From positions 4,860,854 through 4,924,853 of the forward strand of contig MU058213.1 in NCBI GenBank assembly GCA_013265495.1: DNA of 64,000 nt, given 5' to 3'. The position numbers and the translations under genes were made by a program. Shown here piece by piece: positions 1-13,700 of this stretch. Each line of letters begins with the position of its first letter. The stretch's first letter is position 1. The notes beneath the pieces were generated by a model, which searched no databases, was not told the origin of the DNA, and saw only the letters and a program-made list of their open reading frames with translations. Source of the DNA: Vicugna vicugna. Lineage: Eukaryota.

Positions 1-618
1 CTAAGAACTAAAAAGCAAGGGGCGGAGTGTCAAGCAGTAAAAGAGAGAGATAAATGAAGTGTGATGGTGGTTCATGATGGGAAAGATTGTTATTGGCTAG
101 GTTACTCAGGGAAGACTTCATGGAGGAAGTGGTGTTTGAGAGGGCCTTAAAAACTGGTACAATATTTTAGGACTTTCTATTATGAAATTTTAATCTTAAC
201 AGATAAGTATGTCTTTGGTGGATAGAACAGAGTGAACACATGGATGCAGGTAGGATTCAGAGAATCAGCCAGTTCATTAGAGTCTAGGATAAATGAAATG
301 GAGGAGTGACTGGAAGTGAGGCTGGAAAACAGGTTTGGGATCGTGTTTTTGGACGACTTTGAATGCCACTCGCAGAAACAAGAAAGCCATGGATGTTTAT
401 AAACTGGGGATTCTGGATAAAAAGCAAAGGAGCTGAATTTTATGTCTCCTTGCCCTTTCTGAGAAGGAGATGAATGCTTTTTAAAAAGTGGGTGGTGAAC
501 TTTAGTTCTTAGAAAACCTATGACATTGATCATCAATGGGAGACTTAGCTACTCCCAACTGAGAAATCTGATTATCCGTTTCATACATCTCAAGGTGCAA
601 ATCACTACTTACTCTAGA

Positions 619-768
619 CCAGGGCTTCTCAAACTCGAGTGTGCATCAGAAGCACCTGGAGGGCTTAGTGAAACATAGACTGCTGGCCTCGCTCCCAGAA
701 TTTCCAGGACAGCAAAAAATTTGATGCTGAATACCGCTGGTCCCGGGACGACACTGAGAACCTCTGGG
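619..768. mobile_element. MER5A-like hAT DNA transposon relic
   Basis: CAGGGCTTCTCAAACT...GCATCAGAAGCACCTGGAGGGCTT...TGAGAACCTCTG, with degenerate terminal inverted repeats. Confidence 0.75.
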
Positions 769-3029
769 TTTAACTTCCTACCTGACCTTGCTCAGTAGAT
801 CCACAGGGTGGCAGCAGAGAGCCCCACAGTCTCCACACTGGCCAGAGCTGGAGTCTTCTTCAGGCAGAGGCTTCCGGGGCTGCCTCTGTGAGCCTTCAGT
901 GCACGTCTTTGCTCCTGAGTGACCACACCAAACAGCCACAGCATCCAGCTCTCCAGCATGCAGGGACGCCTTGTAGGAGGGAGTGCTTGGTGACTTGGAT
1001 CTCATTCCTTCTCCAAGATGTCCCCACTCCTATCCCCATCCCAAACACCCTCCACCAGGCCATCGGAACTCGCCTCAGCTAGTCCCTCCCTTAGGAATGG
1101 AGCAAATTTGAAAACGTTCGGGGTCACTTCCACAGAGGTTTCAATCTGAGGGGTTACGTCACCTAGAGCTTGGAAAGGGGACTGTGGAGTCCAGAATGGA
1201 TAGGTTTGGCTGTGGCCCTGGGGTTCACCTCATGTCCCCAGTCCCCGGGCTCCATGGTGAGCTGCCCGCTGTATCAGCAGAGGGCAGCTCCGACCCTGAC
1301 ACAAGGCTGGAGATAGCAGGGTGCCGTCCTGACGGGGATGTGGCCTGCCACGCCCAGCACATGTCTAATCATTCTGGAGATTTCTAGGTTCATTTGTGAA
1401 CCATTGAGAAAGAATCCATCCTGTTCTGGTCAAAGGTGGCAAATAGAGTTAACTGTAACCAGCAAAGGACAGAGAGTCGAATGTGCCTTCTGCTAATGTC
1501 TCCTTATTTCCATGTCAAGATTTTTCTCTATTCTTGCTGGTATATTCTGCTCATGATATTTATTCTCTTTTGTCATATACTTGAGGTCACACATCAGCTA
1601 TTTTTTTCCTAGATAATTTCCTTAATATCGAGAGCATTTTCTAATATTTTAAAGTATTTTTCTACTGTTTTTGAACATTTTTGAACATCTAATGTTTTGA
1701 ACATCATGAATGTCTTTTAAAATTGCTGTATATTTTCCCATCATGCATGGGAAATAAACTTAATTCTTACAGGCATTATTTTCTTGGAGTGATCTCCCAC
1801 AATAGGAAGATAGTGTCAAATGCTGTTTTTTTTTTGGCATTCAAGTGGAACTTCTTAAAACTTTTTCACTTACTCAAATAATTTATGCTCTTTGTTAAAA
1901 AATACAGATAGGTAAATGATAATAGTATGAATAAAAAGGAGGAGGGGGAGAAGGAACGTCACCCTCGGTTTCACTGTCTAGAAATAACTTAATATTTCTA
2001 TGTGTATTTGTCAGGCTTTTTCTCTATATGCACATTTTTATAAAGTTTGGAAACACACTTTTTGCACTCTTTCATAACCTGCTTTTCAAATTATCACAGG
2101 TATTTCCATGTATAAAAATGGATTTTCTCAACACAGTTTTAACAGCTGCACAGTATTCCATGGAACCCTAATAAGAGTTGACACTTATTTTGTATTCACT
2201 ATACACTAGAAAGTTACATTATCTAAGTTTGTTTAAATCCTCGTGATATGAGGTCAGTGCCATTACTCTCTCCATTTTAGCAACAAGGAAGGTTCAGGCA
2301 TAGAAGGGTTACATAACTTGCTTAACCATAGAGATATCATACATGTATACGAACCAGTAGTCTGTTGTAGGACATTTAAGTTGCTTCTTTTTTGTTTGCT
2401 GTCAGAGGTGATGCTGCCATTCATTCATTAAACAAACATTGTCTGAACTCCCACAAATGCTGGGTGTTTTGCAAGAAGCTATGTCTACAGGGTAAAATTC
2501 TCAGCAGAGGGTAGGACTGGTTGGGGAAGAGACCCACCTGAGAGGCTCCTGGCATCAGACTGGGTTTTCTCCATTGTTTCCTCACGTGGCTGAGGGAACT
2601 CAGTGCTGTGATGCAGTCTCTGGCTGGTTGTGGTTCTGTCTCTTCCATCAGCGCCTGTGTTTCTGGGGTCCGCTTCCTGCTCACACCCCTGCCAGGGTGG
2701 GGCCTCGCGCAGTGTCCCTCCTTCCTTCCTGAAACAGCCAACCAAAGCCAGAGGGGTAGCCTGGGGGCTGGCCCCACACGTCTGATTCTGTTGTTCCCTC
2801 TGTGCAGTGCCTCCACTGATCATGAAAATGCCTAGACGTGTTCATCGTCAGTTACTGAAGAAACCTGGCCTTGGTGCTTCGTAGCGGAGTGGTCACCTAC
2901 TGCGCTGGCTCCACCCTGCTGGGCCCGCAGCCTTTCTTGCGCACTGTTTGCTGAAGCATGTTTGGTGTGCTGGGAGGGGGCTAAGAGCTTTCTAATTTTC
3001 CGTTTCCCCCCTAGGGAACCCCACACCCA

Positions 3030-3510
3030 TTAGTAGTTCCTCCTCACTTTCCCTCCCCTGCTCCTGGGCGCTGGCAGCCACTAACGGGCTTTCTGTCTCT
3101 AGGGATTTGCCTATTTGGGCCACTTTATTTAAATGGAATCATATAGTATGTACTCTTCTGTGTCTGACTTCAGTTTAACACGATGTATCCCAGGTTCGTT
3201 CACGTTGTAGCACGTATCAGTACTTCATTTTTATGGCTGATGCTATCCCATTGTGTGAATACACCACCCTTTGTACACTCATCAGTTGATGGGCATTTGA
3301 GTTCTTTCTGCTGTTTGGCTGTTATGAACAATGCTGCTGTGGACATTAGGGTACCAGTTTTTGTTGGAACATATGTTTTCAATTCTCTTGGGTGGAATTC
3401 TCTCTAGGAGTGGAATTCTTGGGTCATAAGGCATCTCTGTGTTTAATCTTTGGAGAAACTGCCACACTGTTTGCCAAAGTGGCTGCATAATTTTACAATC
3501 ACATCAGCCT
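3030..3510 (-). mobile_element. Ancient L1M 3' fragment
   Basis: ORFs 3200..3382 and 3282..3488 translate to degenerate ORF2 C-terminal motifs (AALFITAK, KCPSTDE, QPLWQTVW, PYDPRIPLL). Confidence 0.85.
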
Positions 3511-4554
3511 TGAAGTAGAGTTCCCTGCATTTTTCACTGCAGTTACCATGACAGCCTCTAAAATCCAGGCAAGTCACAAGCCAACTGGTGCAGTGGCTCC
3601 CCAGCTCACAGTTCCATGTGCAGGGAAAACTCTCAACTCAGCTGTGACCCTCTTGTCTTTCTGCAAGGCTGGCTGACAGCTGCGCTACGTCTTCACGTCT
3701 CACGATTCCATGTGTTCTTCAGACAGTCTCCCAGGTGACTCATAGTTTCCCTGCCGGTACCTGACTTTTGTTGGCATTGGTGGCCTACGAGTCCACGACT
3801 TCAGTGCAGAGGCTCTGTCACACTGACACCTAGAATTCCATTGCTTTGGACCAGTGGTCACATTTTCTTTGTACAATTCTTTGCAGTTGACAAAGCACTG
3901 AACTACTACCCTTTTCTTCAGGACCTTGCACTCTGCTTTCGAAGGCGTTGTCCTTATTAAAGCAAAGTAGTAAGGCCTGCGAAGGTGTATTAATGGCCAG
4001 TAAGATGTTGGCCTTTCATCGGGGACTCGTTGAGTCCTCATGTGCACTTTGTGTAAGTGAATCTGTGATGGGGGGAGGAGAGTAGCTTTGGAGACCCTCT
4101 CAAGTCTGGCCCTGGAGGACTCCCCCTCTACGGGTGGGTCATAAGCTTGGCATTGTTATAGGAACATAGTATCAGGTTCAAGCTACACGATTTTTCTAGA
4201 TTTTTTCCTTGTACACAAAGATTGTTGAAAAACTGTAACTGGTGGCAAGATTTCAAGTAAGTTTTCTTTTTGCTTATGTTATTTTAATTTTCATTAAATT
4301 ATGTCAGTTTGTAACAACTGAAAAATTTTAAAGGAAGCAAAAGGGTGGTTTGAGGCCTGGCATGTGGGCGCCCCTGGGGTTGGCAGTTTCTCCACAAGGC
4401 AGTTCCTATTCGTGAACGCCCCCGCCTGCCTTCTCGTCCATAAACCAGTTCTCCGTGCCTCAGAGAACACTCCTCACAACCGTGGTTTCTTTAAAAGGAG
4501 AGCCTTTGCAAAGGACCCTTGTCGAATGTTTTTCCTTTGTCTATAAATTACACT

Positions 4555-4711
4555 GGGAAGGGTACGGCCCAGGGGTAGGGTGAGTGCTCAGCAAGCATGC
4601 ACGAGATCCTGGGTTCAATCCCCAGTAGTGCCACTAAAAAATACATAAATATTTAAATAAACCTTATTACCTCCCCTCCCCAAAGAAGCTTGAAAGATTG
4701 TTTTAAAAACC
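4555..4711 (+). mobile_element. tRNA-derived SINE, Vic-1-like (camelid)
   Basis: GGGAAGGGTACGGCCCAG head, B-box GGTTCAATCCC, AT-rich tail with AACCTTATTACCTCCC. Flanking direct repeat CTATAAATTAC at 4541-4551 and 4712-4722. Confidence 0.82.
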
Positions 4712-5749
4712 CTATAAATTACCTACAAAGTTACATCCATAACATCAGCATCCATGTGTATGTTCATTCCATCTGAAAATGGCCAGGCACGGTGACTCCT
4801 CAGAGATGTCGTGTTCCTGTCCCTCTCTCTCTGTCACCCACAACGTTTCTATATTCCCAAGTATTCTCTGTGTGAACTTTTTATTAGATCAACTCACCCT
4901 GCATATAAAAGATACCAGATTCTATGGATGAGCCCATATTCCTAGGAGAGCTGTGTTTCCAGAGCTCGAGCAGTCCAGAGTCCTAGTTCTTGCAGGCCCT
5001 GTGGTCCAACTACAGGCCGGGTGTTCCTTGTTACATTCAAATTTACTTTCTAGCTTGAATGCAAATACCCATTTGCAGAACTGCCCTACTCCACTTACTG
5101 GTATAATCCACCTGCACGCTTCCTCATTGTGTCACTTGGAGAGCGTTCTGATATTCCAATAAGCTACCAACCTGGAAATAAAGCAATCCAAATTCTCAGG
5201 AGGAGTGGCCCGCTGTACCACCATGCCCTCTTTCCTTGTCTATTTATTCATCAGAGATGAACTGATACCTTGTAATTTCGTAGGTCATCTCGTTCAGTTC
5301 TCTGTTTCCAGAAAGGACTATTTCTAAAATAACCTGGGATGTGACTGTCTGTCATATTCTTCTAACTTTATAGGTATGGAAAAATGGCATGTTTGACAAA
5401 TAATTACTTTCAGTGTCTAATTTTGAGGAATTTTGAAAGTTCTGCTTGATTATAACCTGAATTTTTTTTTTTTTTTTGCTGTGTGGGATGCCGTTTTCTC
5501 AGAGTGGATCTGGTAACTGAAAAGAGTTACCTTTATGTAGTGCGTACACATTACATGCCAGAAACCATACACAGTGCTTCACAAACATTACCTTGTTTTC
5601 TTTTTAAAACAGCACTGTGAGGAATGACTTACCGGCAGCCTTTCCCAGATGAGAAGGAAGGGGCTTAGAGCCATGAAGATACTCACCAGGGTGATGACAG
5701 TCGGACTTCTGAAGGGCACGAACGTATAGATGGAGAAGATGCACAGAGC

Positions 5750-6850
5750 ACCAAGCATAGTGGATGGATATAAATCCCCAACAAGGCATGTGATCGTGGT
5801 ATTTCAGACCACGAAGGACGAAGGGAAGACCCTAGAAGCTTCCGGAGGGGAGGAGAAGGTATATTAGGAATGAGAATGACTTTGGACTTTCCAATGAAAG
5901 CAAAACACAAGCTGGAGAATCAGGGAGTAATAGATGCCTTCAAAATTCTGAGAGAATTATTTCTCCATACCTAGGATTCTGTACACCTCCGAAACATCGG
6001 GACAGTTTCAGAAATTCAAAGTCTTGAAAATTTTAATTCCTATTTACCCTTGGATGTATTTCCAAAATGAGGTTATTCAAGAAAGAGGCAGACAGAAGAT
6101 AATGGAAGCCAGTGATCTATTCCAGGAAGTACACCCTGAGGACCCCAGGACAAAGGTAAGAGAAGCCTCAGGGTGGCGCTGTGGGGCTGGCCTGGAGGCC
6201 AGCCTGTGCAGGCAGGTGCGGGAGTTTGTTTAGAGGGCTCTGCCAGGCGGTGGGCTGGGGGTGGTCGCCAGAAGAAGATGACATTGATACAGGACCAAAT
6301 GAATTTTGTCGTACTGAGAGACGGCTACTTTTGAAGGAACGTTAGTGATGAATTAGTAATAGGTACGTAGAAAGTTAAGTGAAGAAAAAGTGATCATGGT
6401 TACCTCCAGGAGAAACACGAAGTTGTGTAAGAAAGAAGATCTTACTGTATACTGTACTTCATGGCCTAATAATTACATGGCCATAGGGTGTAAGTGCTGA
6501 TACTGATTTCACCAAAACTATGGTAGAGCTCAGTTTGGAGAGTGGAGGAGGGGACGTGGGCAGGGAGATTTAAGAGACCAAAACTTCAGCTTCCACTTGG
6601 AAAGCTGACGGGTAAGATCTAAAATCTAAACCAAACCCAGACATAGTCTTGTAAGTGTGCTGTTTGAATGTAGAGAGATAAATACCAGAAACAGTAGCCA
6701 AAAGGGTTCAAAGCGGTTGTGTCTAGGGAGTGGGAATCTGCGTCTAGAAGACAGAGCTGGCAAGTGCTCATTTTCATTACAAAGCTTGTAGAACCACTGG
6801 ATTTTAAAATCATGGATATATACAATCTTCATTTTGTTTTAATAAAATCA
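5750..6850 (+). mobile_element. Ancient L1/HAL1-like ORF1 and 3' remnant
   Basis: GATGCCTTCAAAATTCTGAGAGAA...CCTAGGATTCTGTACAC resembles the ORF1 C-terminal coding DNA (FKxL...PRILYP). Ends with AATAAA near 6841. Confidence 0.55.
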
Positions 6851-7614
6851 ATAGCACATAGTTGCAGAATCACTGTGTGAACCCTATTCTGTCTGCAGCC
6901 AATCCCAATTTTGCCTCTCAATAAATACTTCATATTTATTTGCCTTTAAACTCTGATTTTCCTTAGAATTCGATTTGTGCAGTTGATCCCATGATCAACA
7001 CGCTGCACGAGCACATGGTCTGTGGTAACCTCACTGGGACTACTGTAAGTGACAAGGGGAGCCTGTTCTGAGGTTGGAGGGACATCTCACGAAGCCCCCG
7101 GGCCGGGGACTTGAACCAGGGACTGGGGCACCACAGGGAACCCGGACAGTTCTTTCTCTCCTTTGCTTCTGTGTGCTCCCCTGCCTGTGCCCACTTGGTT
7201 CATCTGATTCCCAGTTCGCAGGGTGGGAAATAGTCACTGAGGCTGCACCTGAGTGGCGCACTTGGGAGGGGATGAGATAAACCCAGTGTAAGTGCCGAGT
7301 TCTAGAAAGCCAGAAAGGAGATCCCAGTGGGAAACTCATGCTCTTTTTAGAGCTCAGGGCGGGTCATGTAATGAATGGGGTTTGGTCCCTGGGCTCAGGC
7401 TTCCCCAGATGGCTTGCTGGTGCTGCCATGTCCCTGCAGACTCAGGCTGCCAAGGCCCTGGGTGGGTGGCTGGACTGGGGCTGGGTGGGGGGCTGTAGGG
7501 GTATCTTCAGAGAAGTCATTTACTTGTGTTGGAACAAACACAGGGCTTGTGCAGCAGCGAGGACAGCACTGACTCGGAGTCTGAGGCAGGCACCCCAGTT
7601 CTGGCTCCTCTTAC

Positions 7615-7922
7615 CAGCTGTGCAGCCACTAGCCCTGTGGGGCCATTGAGAGCTTGAAATGTGCTGCAAGTGTAAAATACACGTGGATTTTGAAGACTTA
7701 GTATGTCCAAAATACAAAATACCTCATTACTATTTTACTATTATTAACAGTAACATTAATATTAATGCTGAAATGATAACATTTTTGATATACTGGCTTC
7801 AATAGGATATATTATTAAATTTAATTTTACCTGCTTCCTTTTACCTTTTAAAAATGTACTCTTAGAAAAATTAAACGTTACAAAGACGGCTCACGTTGTA
7901 TTCCTATTGGACATCACCAGTC
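7615..7922. mobile_element. MER33-like hAT DNA transposon relic
   Basis: GCAGCCACTAGCC...AAGTGTAAAATACAC...GAAGACTTAGTA...CTATTGGACA, matching recalled MER33. Confidence 0.75.
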
Positions 7923-9504
7923 TGGACTCTAGACCTGATACACTGCCTTTATTGAAAAGAACAAAATCACTCAGACTTGGCATCACTCTAGAAAGCTGGA
8001 GAGAGCCATTTGTACAATCTCAACGCCTTAGCTTCCAGTTAGTATTAATTAAGCATCACCTTGTCTTTCAGGGTCCCAAACCCTGGTGACATCCACAGCT
8101 GCTCCCCCTCGCCACCAACTCTGCCTGTAACAAGCCAGCCCTAACCATAGGAGGCAAGGAGAGGCCAGTGTTCCCGGCAGGAGACCTGTGTACCCTTAGG
8201 GGCCTGCAGACGTTTTCAGGGGACCTGCAGGCTGTTCCACTGCTCTGGAAAACTTGACAGAAGGAAGCCCTCCAGCTTCTCACAGACTGCTGCCTCGGCC
8301 GATGAGATCAGCATTTCTGGGCTTGGGGCTTCCAGCAGCCCAGCCAGGCAAGGTTGGTGGTCTTGACTGATCAGAAGCTCTAATTAGCAATTGGACATTT
8401 GACAAATGAAATGTTGAAAGACAAGTTAATTGTTTGTTATGATGTAACTGAGTAGAAAAAAAAAATCTCTCCAAATGTGGTATTCTTAGAGAAAGTTACT
8501 GTAGATGCCCTTGGTGATGGAAAATTTGGGAACCCCTTGACAGAAGTCATTGTGTGCTCCAGGATCCTGGTTCTTGCATGTTTCGTCTCCACATTTGGTT
8601 GTTAAGTGATGGAGTTCTGCTTAACTTTCGCCCAGGGATGTGTCCCTGGTACGTACCTCCCTGTGAAGTCACAGAATTGTGAGACGTGGACGACTTCTGC
8701 CGTTTCTCCGTCTGGGACAATGAGCAGCGTGTCATGACTGTCAAAGCCCCACAGCCAACCCTCGTGCTCTTTGTTCAGCCCCGCTTACTCCACATCTTAG
8801 AATGTACCAAGCTTGAAATTACCTTGTCGCCAAGAACTGAGTGGTAACCACAAATTCCTTAGTTTGTGCTGCAGCTCTGCACGCCACTGTCATCTTCACA
8901 GAACCGGCTCTCCGTGCGCATGGAGACCACAGGCACCTGGGCCCTCCCAGGGCACTGACATGCCACTCTCCTTGACCTCCACCTGCATCTCCAGCCCCCA
9001 CCCTTAGGGAAGGCGGCGTTGATCGGGAATTAAGTGCCCATGCTTGGGGCAGGCTGCCTGGGCTGTGTCTCCACATCTTCCTGACAGCCTGTGAGACTGC
9101 CGGTAAGTTACCTCATCTTTCTGGAACTCATTTCCTTATCTGTGAACTGGGATTTATGTGAACACCTACCTCATGGGGAAGGATGCGACATATAATTCTG
9201 TATGTGCATATATGTACATGTACTTATGTTGAGATAATAGGGGTAAAGCTTTCTGTCACGCTTGGTTCATGGATGGTCTCAGCAACTGTTAGCTCTGGTT
9301 ATTTACCATCAGTTCTGGTTTTTCACCTGCTTTCTTCTCCCGGCCCTGGGGGTTGCTCAGAGAAAGCCCGAGAATCAGGCCGCTTGTCTCGGGTACAGAG
9401 CAACATACACTCCCCGCACTGGACCTCCCCGTGACTTGGCTATCCACGTGCTCGCGCGCGCATGTGTGTATAAAAGTCTTGTCCACAAATGTGTGGATAA
9501 TGTG

Positions 9505-9740
9505 TATTTTTGGTAACAGCTTTATTGAGATACAATTCACACACCATACAACTTAGCCCTTTAAACTGTACAATTCAGTGGTTATTAGTATATTCACAGA
9601 GTGGCACAACCAGCACCACAACCAGTTTAGAACATTTTCATGACTTCCCCAATAAACCCCATATCCCCCTTGCAGTCAGCCTCCATTTTCCCCAAGCCAT
9701 GCCAGCCCCAGGCAACCACCAATCTACTTTTCTCCCTCTC
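9505..9740 (-). mobile_element. Ancient L1MB-like 3' end, left part of the outermost nested element
   Basis: Typical L1MB 3' terminus CAGCTTTATTGAGATACAATTCAC...GGCAACCACCAATCTACTTT. Confidence 0.8.
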
Positions 9741-9744
9741 TCTC

Positions 9745-10459
9745 CTTCTTTTTTTAAACTGAAGTATGGCTGACATACTACATAATATTAGCTTCAGGTG
9801 TACAATGTGATTTGATGTTTGATTTGTTGCCAGATGATCACCACAATAAGTCTAGTTAACATCTGTAACCATATGTAGTTACAGAATATTTTTCCTGTGA
9901 TAAGAACTTTTAAGACTTATTCTCTTAGTAACTTTCAAATATGCAATGCAGTATTACTAACTCTAGTCACCATGCTGCACATTGCATCCCCATGACCTAT
10001 TTATTTGGTAACTGGAACTTTTCACCTTTTGACCCCCTTCACCCATTTTGCCCATCCCTGACCCCCTTCCTCTGGCCACCTCCAACCTATTCTCTGTATC
10101 TCTGAGCTTGGTTTTTGTTTTGCTTTTTTTAGATTTCATATATGAATGAGATTGTCTGTTTTTCTCTGTCTGACATTTTTTACTTAATATAATCCTGTCA
10201 AGGCCCATCCATGTGGTTGCAAATGGCAAGACTTAATTCTTGTGGCTGAATAATATTCCATTGTGTGTATATATTATGTATATTTATCACATCTTTATTC
10301 ATTCGTCTGTTGATTGACACTTAGATTGTTTCCATATCTTGGCTATTGTAAACAATGCTGCGTTGAACATGTGGGGTGCAGGTATCTTTCAAGGTAGTGT
10401 TTTCATTTTCTTTGGATCACTACCCAGAAGCGGGATTGCTGGATCATATGGTAGTTCTG
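9745..10459 (-). mobile_element. Older 5'-truncated L1 (3'UTR and ORF2 end), left part, interrupted by the young L1; resumes at about 17621-17670
   Basis: ORF 9963..10229 (MPFATTWMGLDRIILSKK) resembles the ORF2 C-terminus. GGATCATATGGTAGTTCTGTTTTT joins seamlessly to AATTTTTTTTTTAAGGAACCTCCATAGTGC at 17621. Confidence 0.88.
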
Positions 10460-10745
10460 TTTTTATTTTATTTTTATTTTTTTTTAACATTTTTTATTGA
10501 TTTATAATCATTTTACAATGTTGTGTCAAATTCCAGTGTTCAGCACAATTTTTCATTCATGGACATATACACACTCATTGTCACATTTTTTTCTCTGTGA
10601 TTTATCATAACATTTTGTGTATATTTCCCTGTGCTATACAGTGTAATCTTGTTTATCTATTCTACAATTTTGAAATCCCAGTCTATCCCTTCCCACCCTC
10701 TACCCCCCTGGTAACCACAAGTCTGTATTCTCTGTCCATGAGTCT

Positions 10746-13700
10746 TTAGATTCCACATATGAGCGATCTCATATGGTATTTTTCTTTCTCTTTCTGGCTT
10801 ACTTCACTTAGAATGACATTCTCTAGGAGCATCCATGTTGCTGCAAATGGCATTATGTTGTCGGTTTTTATGGCTGAGTAGTATTCCATTGTATAAATAT
10901 ACCACATCTTCTTTATCCAGTCACCTGTTGATGGACATTTAGGCTGTTTCCATGTTTTGGCTATTGTAAATAGTGCTGCTATGAACATTGGGGTGCAGGT
11001 GTCATCCTGAAGTAGATTTCCTTCTGGGTACAAGCCCAGGAGTGGGATTCCTGGGTCATATGGTAAGTCTATTCCTAGTCTTTTGAGGAATCTCCACACT
11101 GTTTTCCATAGTGGCTGCACCAAACTGCATTCCCACCAGCAGTGTAGGAGGGTTCCCCTTTCTCCACAGCCTCTCCAGCATTTGTCATTTTTGGATTTTT
11201 GAATGACGGCCATTCTGACTGGTGTGAGGTGATACCTCATTGTAGTTTTGATTTGCATTTCTCTGATAATTAGTGATATTGAACATTTTTTCATGTGCTT
11301 TTTGATCATTTGTATGTCTTCCTTGGAGAATTGCTTGTTTAGGTCTTCTGCCCATTTTTGGATTGGGTTGTTTATTTTTTTCTTATTGAGTCGTATGAGC
11401 TGCTTATATATTTTGGAGATCAAGCCTTTGTCGGTTTCACTTGCAAAAATTTTCTCCCATTCCGTAGGTTTTCTTCTTGTTTTATTTCTGGTTTCCTTTG
11501 CTCTGCAGAAGCTTGTAAGTTTCATTAGGTCCCATTTGTTTATTCTTGCTTTTATTTCTTCTAGGAGAAAATTTTTGAAATGTATGTCAGATAATGTTTT
11601 GCCTATGTTTTCCTCTAGGAGGTTTATTGTATCTTGTCTTATGTTTAAGTCTTTAATCCATTTTGAGTTGATTTTTGTATATGGTGTAAGGGTGTGTTCT
11701 AGCTTCATTGTTTTACATGCTGCTGTCCAGTTTTCCCAACACCATTTGCTGAAGAGACTGTCTTTATTCCATTGTATATTCTTGCCTCCTTTGTCGAAGA
11801 TGAGTTGACCAAAAGTTTGTGGGTTCATTTCTGGGCTCTCTATTCTGTTCCATTGGTCTATATGTCTGTTTTGGTACCAATACCATGCTGTCTTGATGAC
11901 TGTAGCTCTATAGTATTGTCTGAAGTCTGGGAGAGTTATTCCTCCAGCCTCTTTCTTTCTCTTCAGTAATGCTTTAGCAATTCTAGGTCTTTGATGGTTC
12001 CATATAAATTTTATTATGATTTGTTCTAGTTCTGTGAAATATGTCCTGGGTAATTGGATAGGGATTGCATTAAATCTGTAGATTGCCTTGGGCAGTGTGA
12101 CCATTTTAACAATATTGATTCTTCCAATCCAAGAGCATGGAATATCTTTCCATTTTTTAAAGTCTTCTTTAATTTCCTTCATCAATGGTTTATAGTTTTC
12201 TGTGTATAATTCTTTCACCTCCTTGGTTAGATTTATTCCCAGATATTTTATTACTTTGGGTGCTATTTTAAAGGGGATTGTTTCTTTACTTTCTTTTTCT
12301 GTTGATTTATCGTTAGTGTAAAGAAAGGCAACTGATTTTTGAACATTAATTTTGTAACCTGCTACCTTGCTGAATTCTTCGATCAGCTCTAGTAGCTTTT
12401 TTGTGGACCTTTTAGGGTTTTCTATATATAGTAACATGTCGTCAGCATATAATGACACTTTTACCTCTTCTTTTCCAATTTGGATCCCTTTTATTTCTTT
12501 CTCTTGCCTGATTGCTGTGGCTAGGACTTCCAGGACTATATTGAATAGGAGTGGTGATAGTGGGCATCCTTGTCTTGTCCCAGATTTTAGTGGGAAGCTT
12601 TTGAGTTTTTCACCGTTGAGAACTATGCTGGCTATAGGTTTGTCATATATAGCTTTTATTATGTTGAGATATGTTCCCTCTATACCCACTTTGGCGAGAG
12701 TTTTTATCATAAATGGGTGTTGAATTTTATCAAATGCTTTTTCTGCATCGATTGAGATGATCATGTGGTTTTTGTCCTTTCTCTTGTTGATGTGATGTAT
12801 TACATTGATTGATTTGCGTATGTTGAACCAGCCTTGTGTCCCTGGGATGAACCCCACTTGGTCATGATGTATAATCTTTTTTATGTGTTGTTGGATTCTA
12901 TTTGCTAAAATTTTGGTGAGGATTTTGGCGTCTATGTTCATCAGTGATATTGGCCTATAATTCTCTTTTTTTGTAGTGTCTTTGCCTGGTTTTGGTATCA
13001 GGGTGATGGTGGCTTCATAGAATGAGTTTGGGAGTATTCCCTCCTTTTCAATCGTCTGGAAGAGTTTGAGAAGGACTGGTATGAGTTCTTCTTTGTATGT
13101 TTGGTAGAATTCCCCGGTGAAGCCGTCCGGTCCTGGACTTTTATTTGTAGGGAGGTTTTTAATTGCTATTTCTATTTCCTTTCTAGTGATCGGATTGTTC
13201 AAGTGTTCAGTTTCTTCTTGATTCAGTTTTGGTGGACAGTATGTTTCCAGAAACTTGTCCATCTCCTCTAGGTTATCCAGTTTGGTTCCATATAGTTTTT
13301 CATAATATTCTCGTATGATATTCTGTATTTCTATTTTGTTTGTTGTAATTTCTCCATTTTCCTTTCTTATTTTGCTAATTTGTGCTCTCTCTTTTTTCTT
13401 CTTTGTGAGTTTGGCCAGAGGTTTGTCGATTTTATTTACTTTTTCAAAAAACCAGCTTTTGGTTTGGTTGATTTTTTCTATGGTCTTGTTAATCTCTATT
13501 GTATTTAATTCCTCTCTGATCTTTATTATTTCCTTCCTTCTGCTGCTTTTTGGGGCTTTTTGTTCTTCTTTTTCTAATTGATTCAGGTGGTGGGTTAACT
13601 TGTTTATTTGAGATTGTTCTTCTTTTTTGAGGAAGGCCTGTATCGCTATAAACTTCCCTCTTAGCACTGCCTTTGCTGTGTCCCATAGGTTTTGAGTGGT

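Noticed and set aside
4190..4265. Possible micro-exon (ttttctag ... CAA|GTAAGT)
   Set aside because: Splice-like motifs alone, with no recognisable protein match or partner exons.
6977..7008. Short hairpin GTGCAGTTGATC-CCAT-GATCAAC...TGCAC
   Set aside because: About 12 bp with a bulge, too short for a pre-miRNA, and expected by chance or from a transposon relic.
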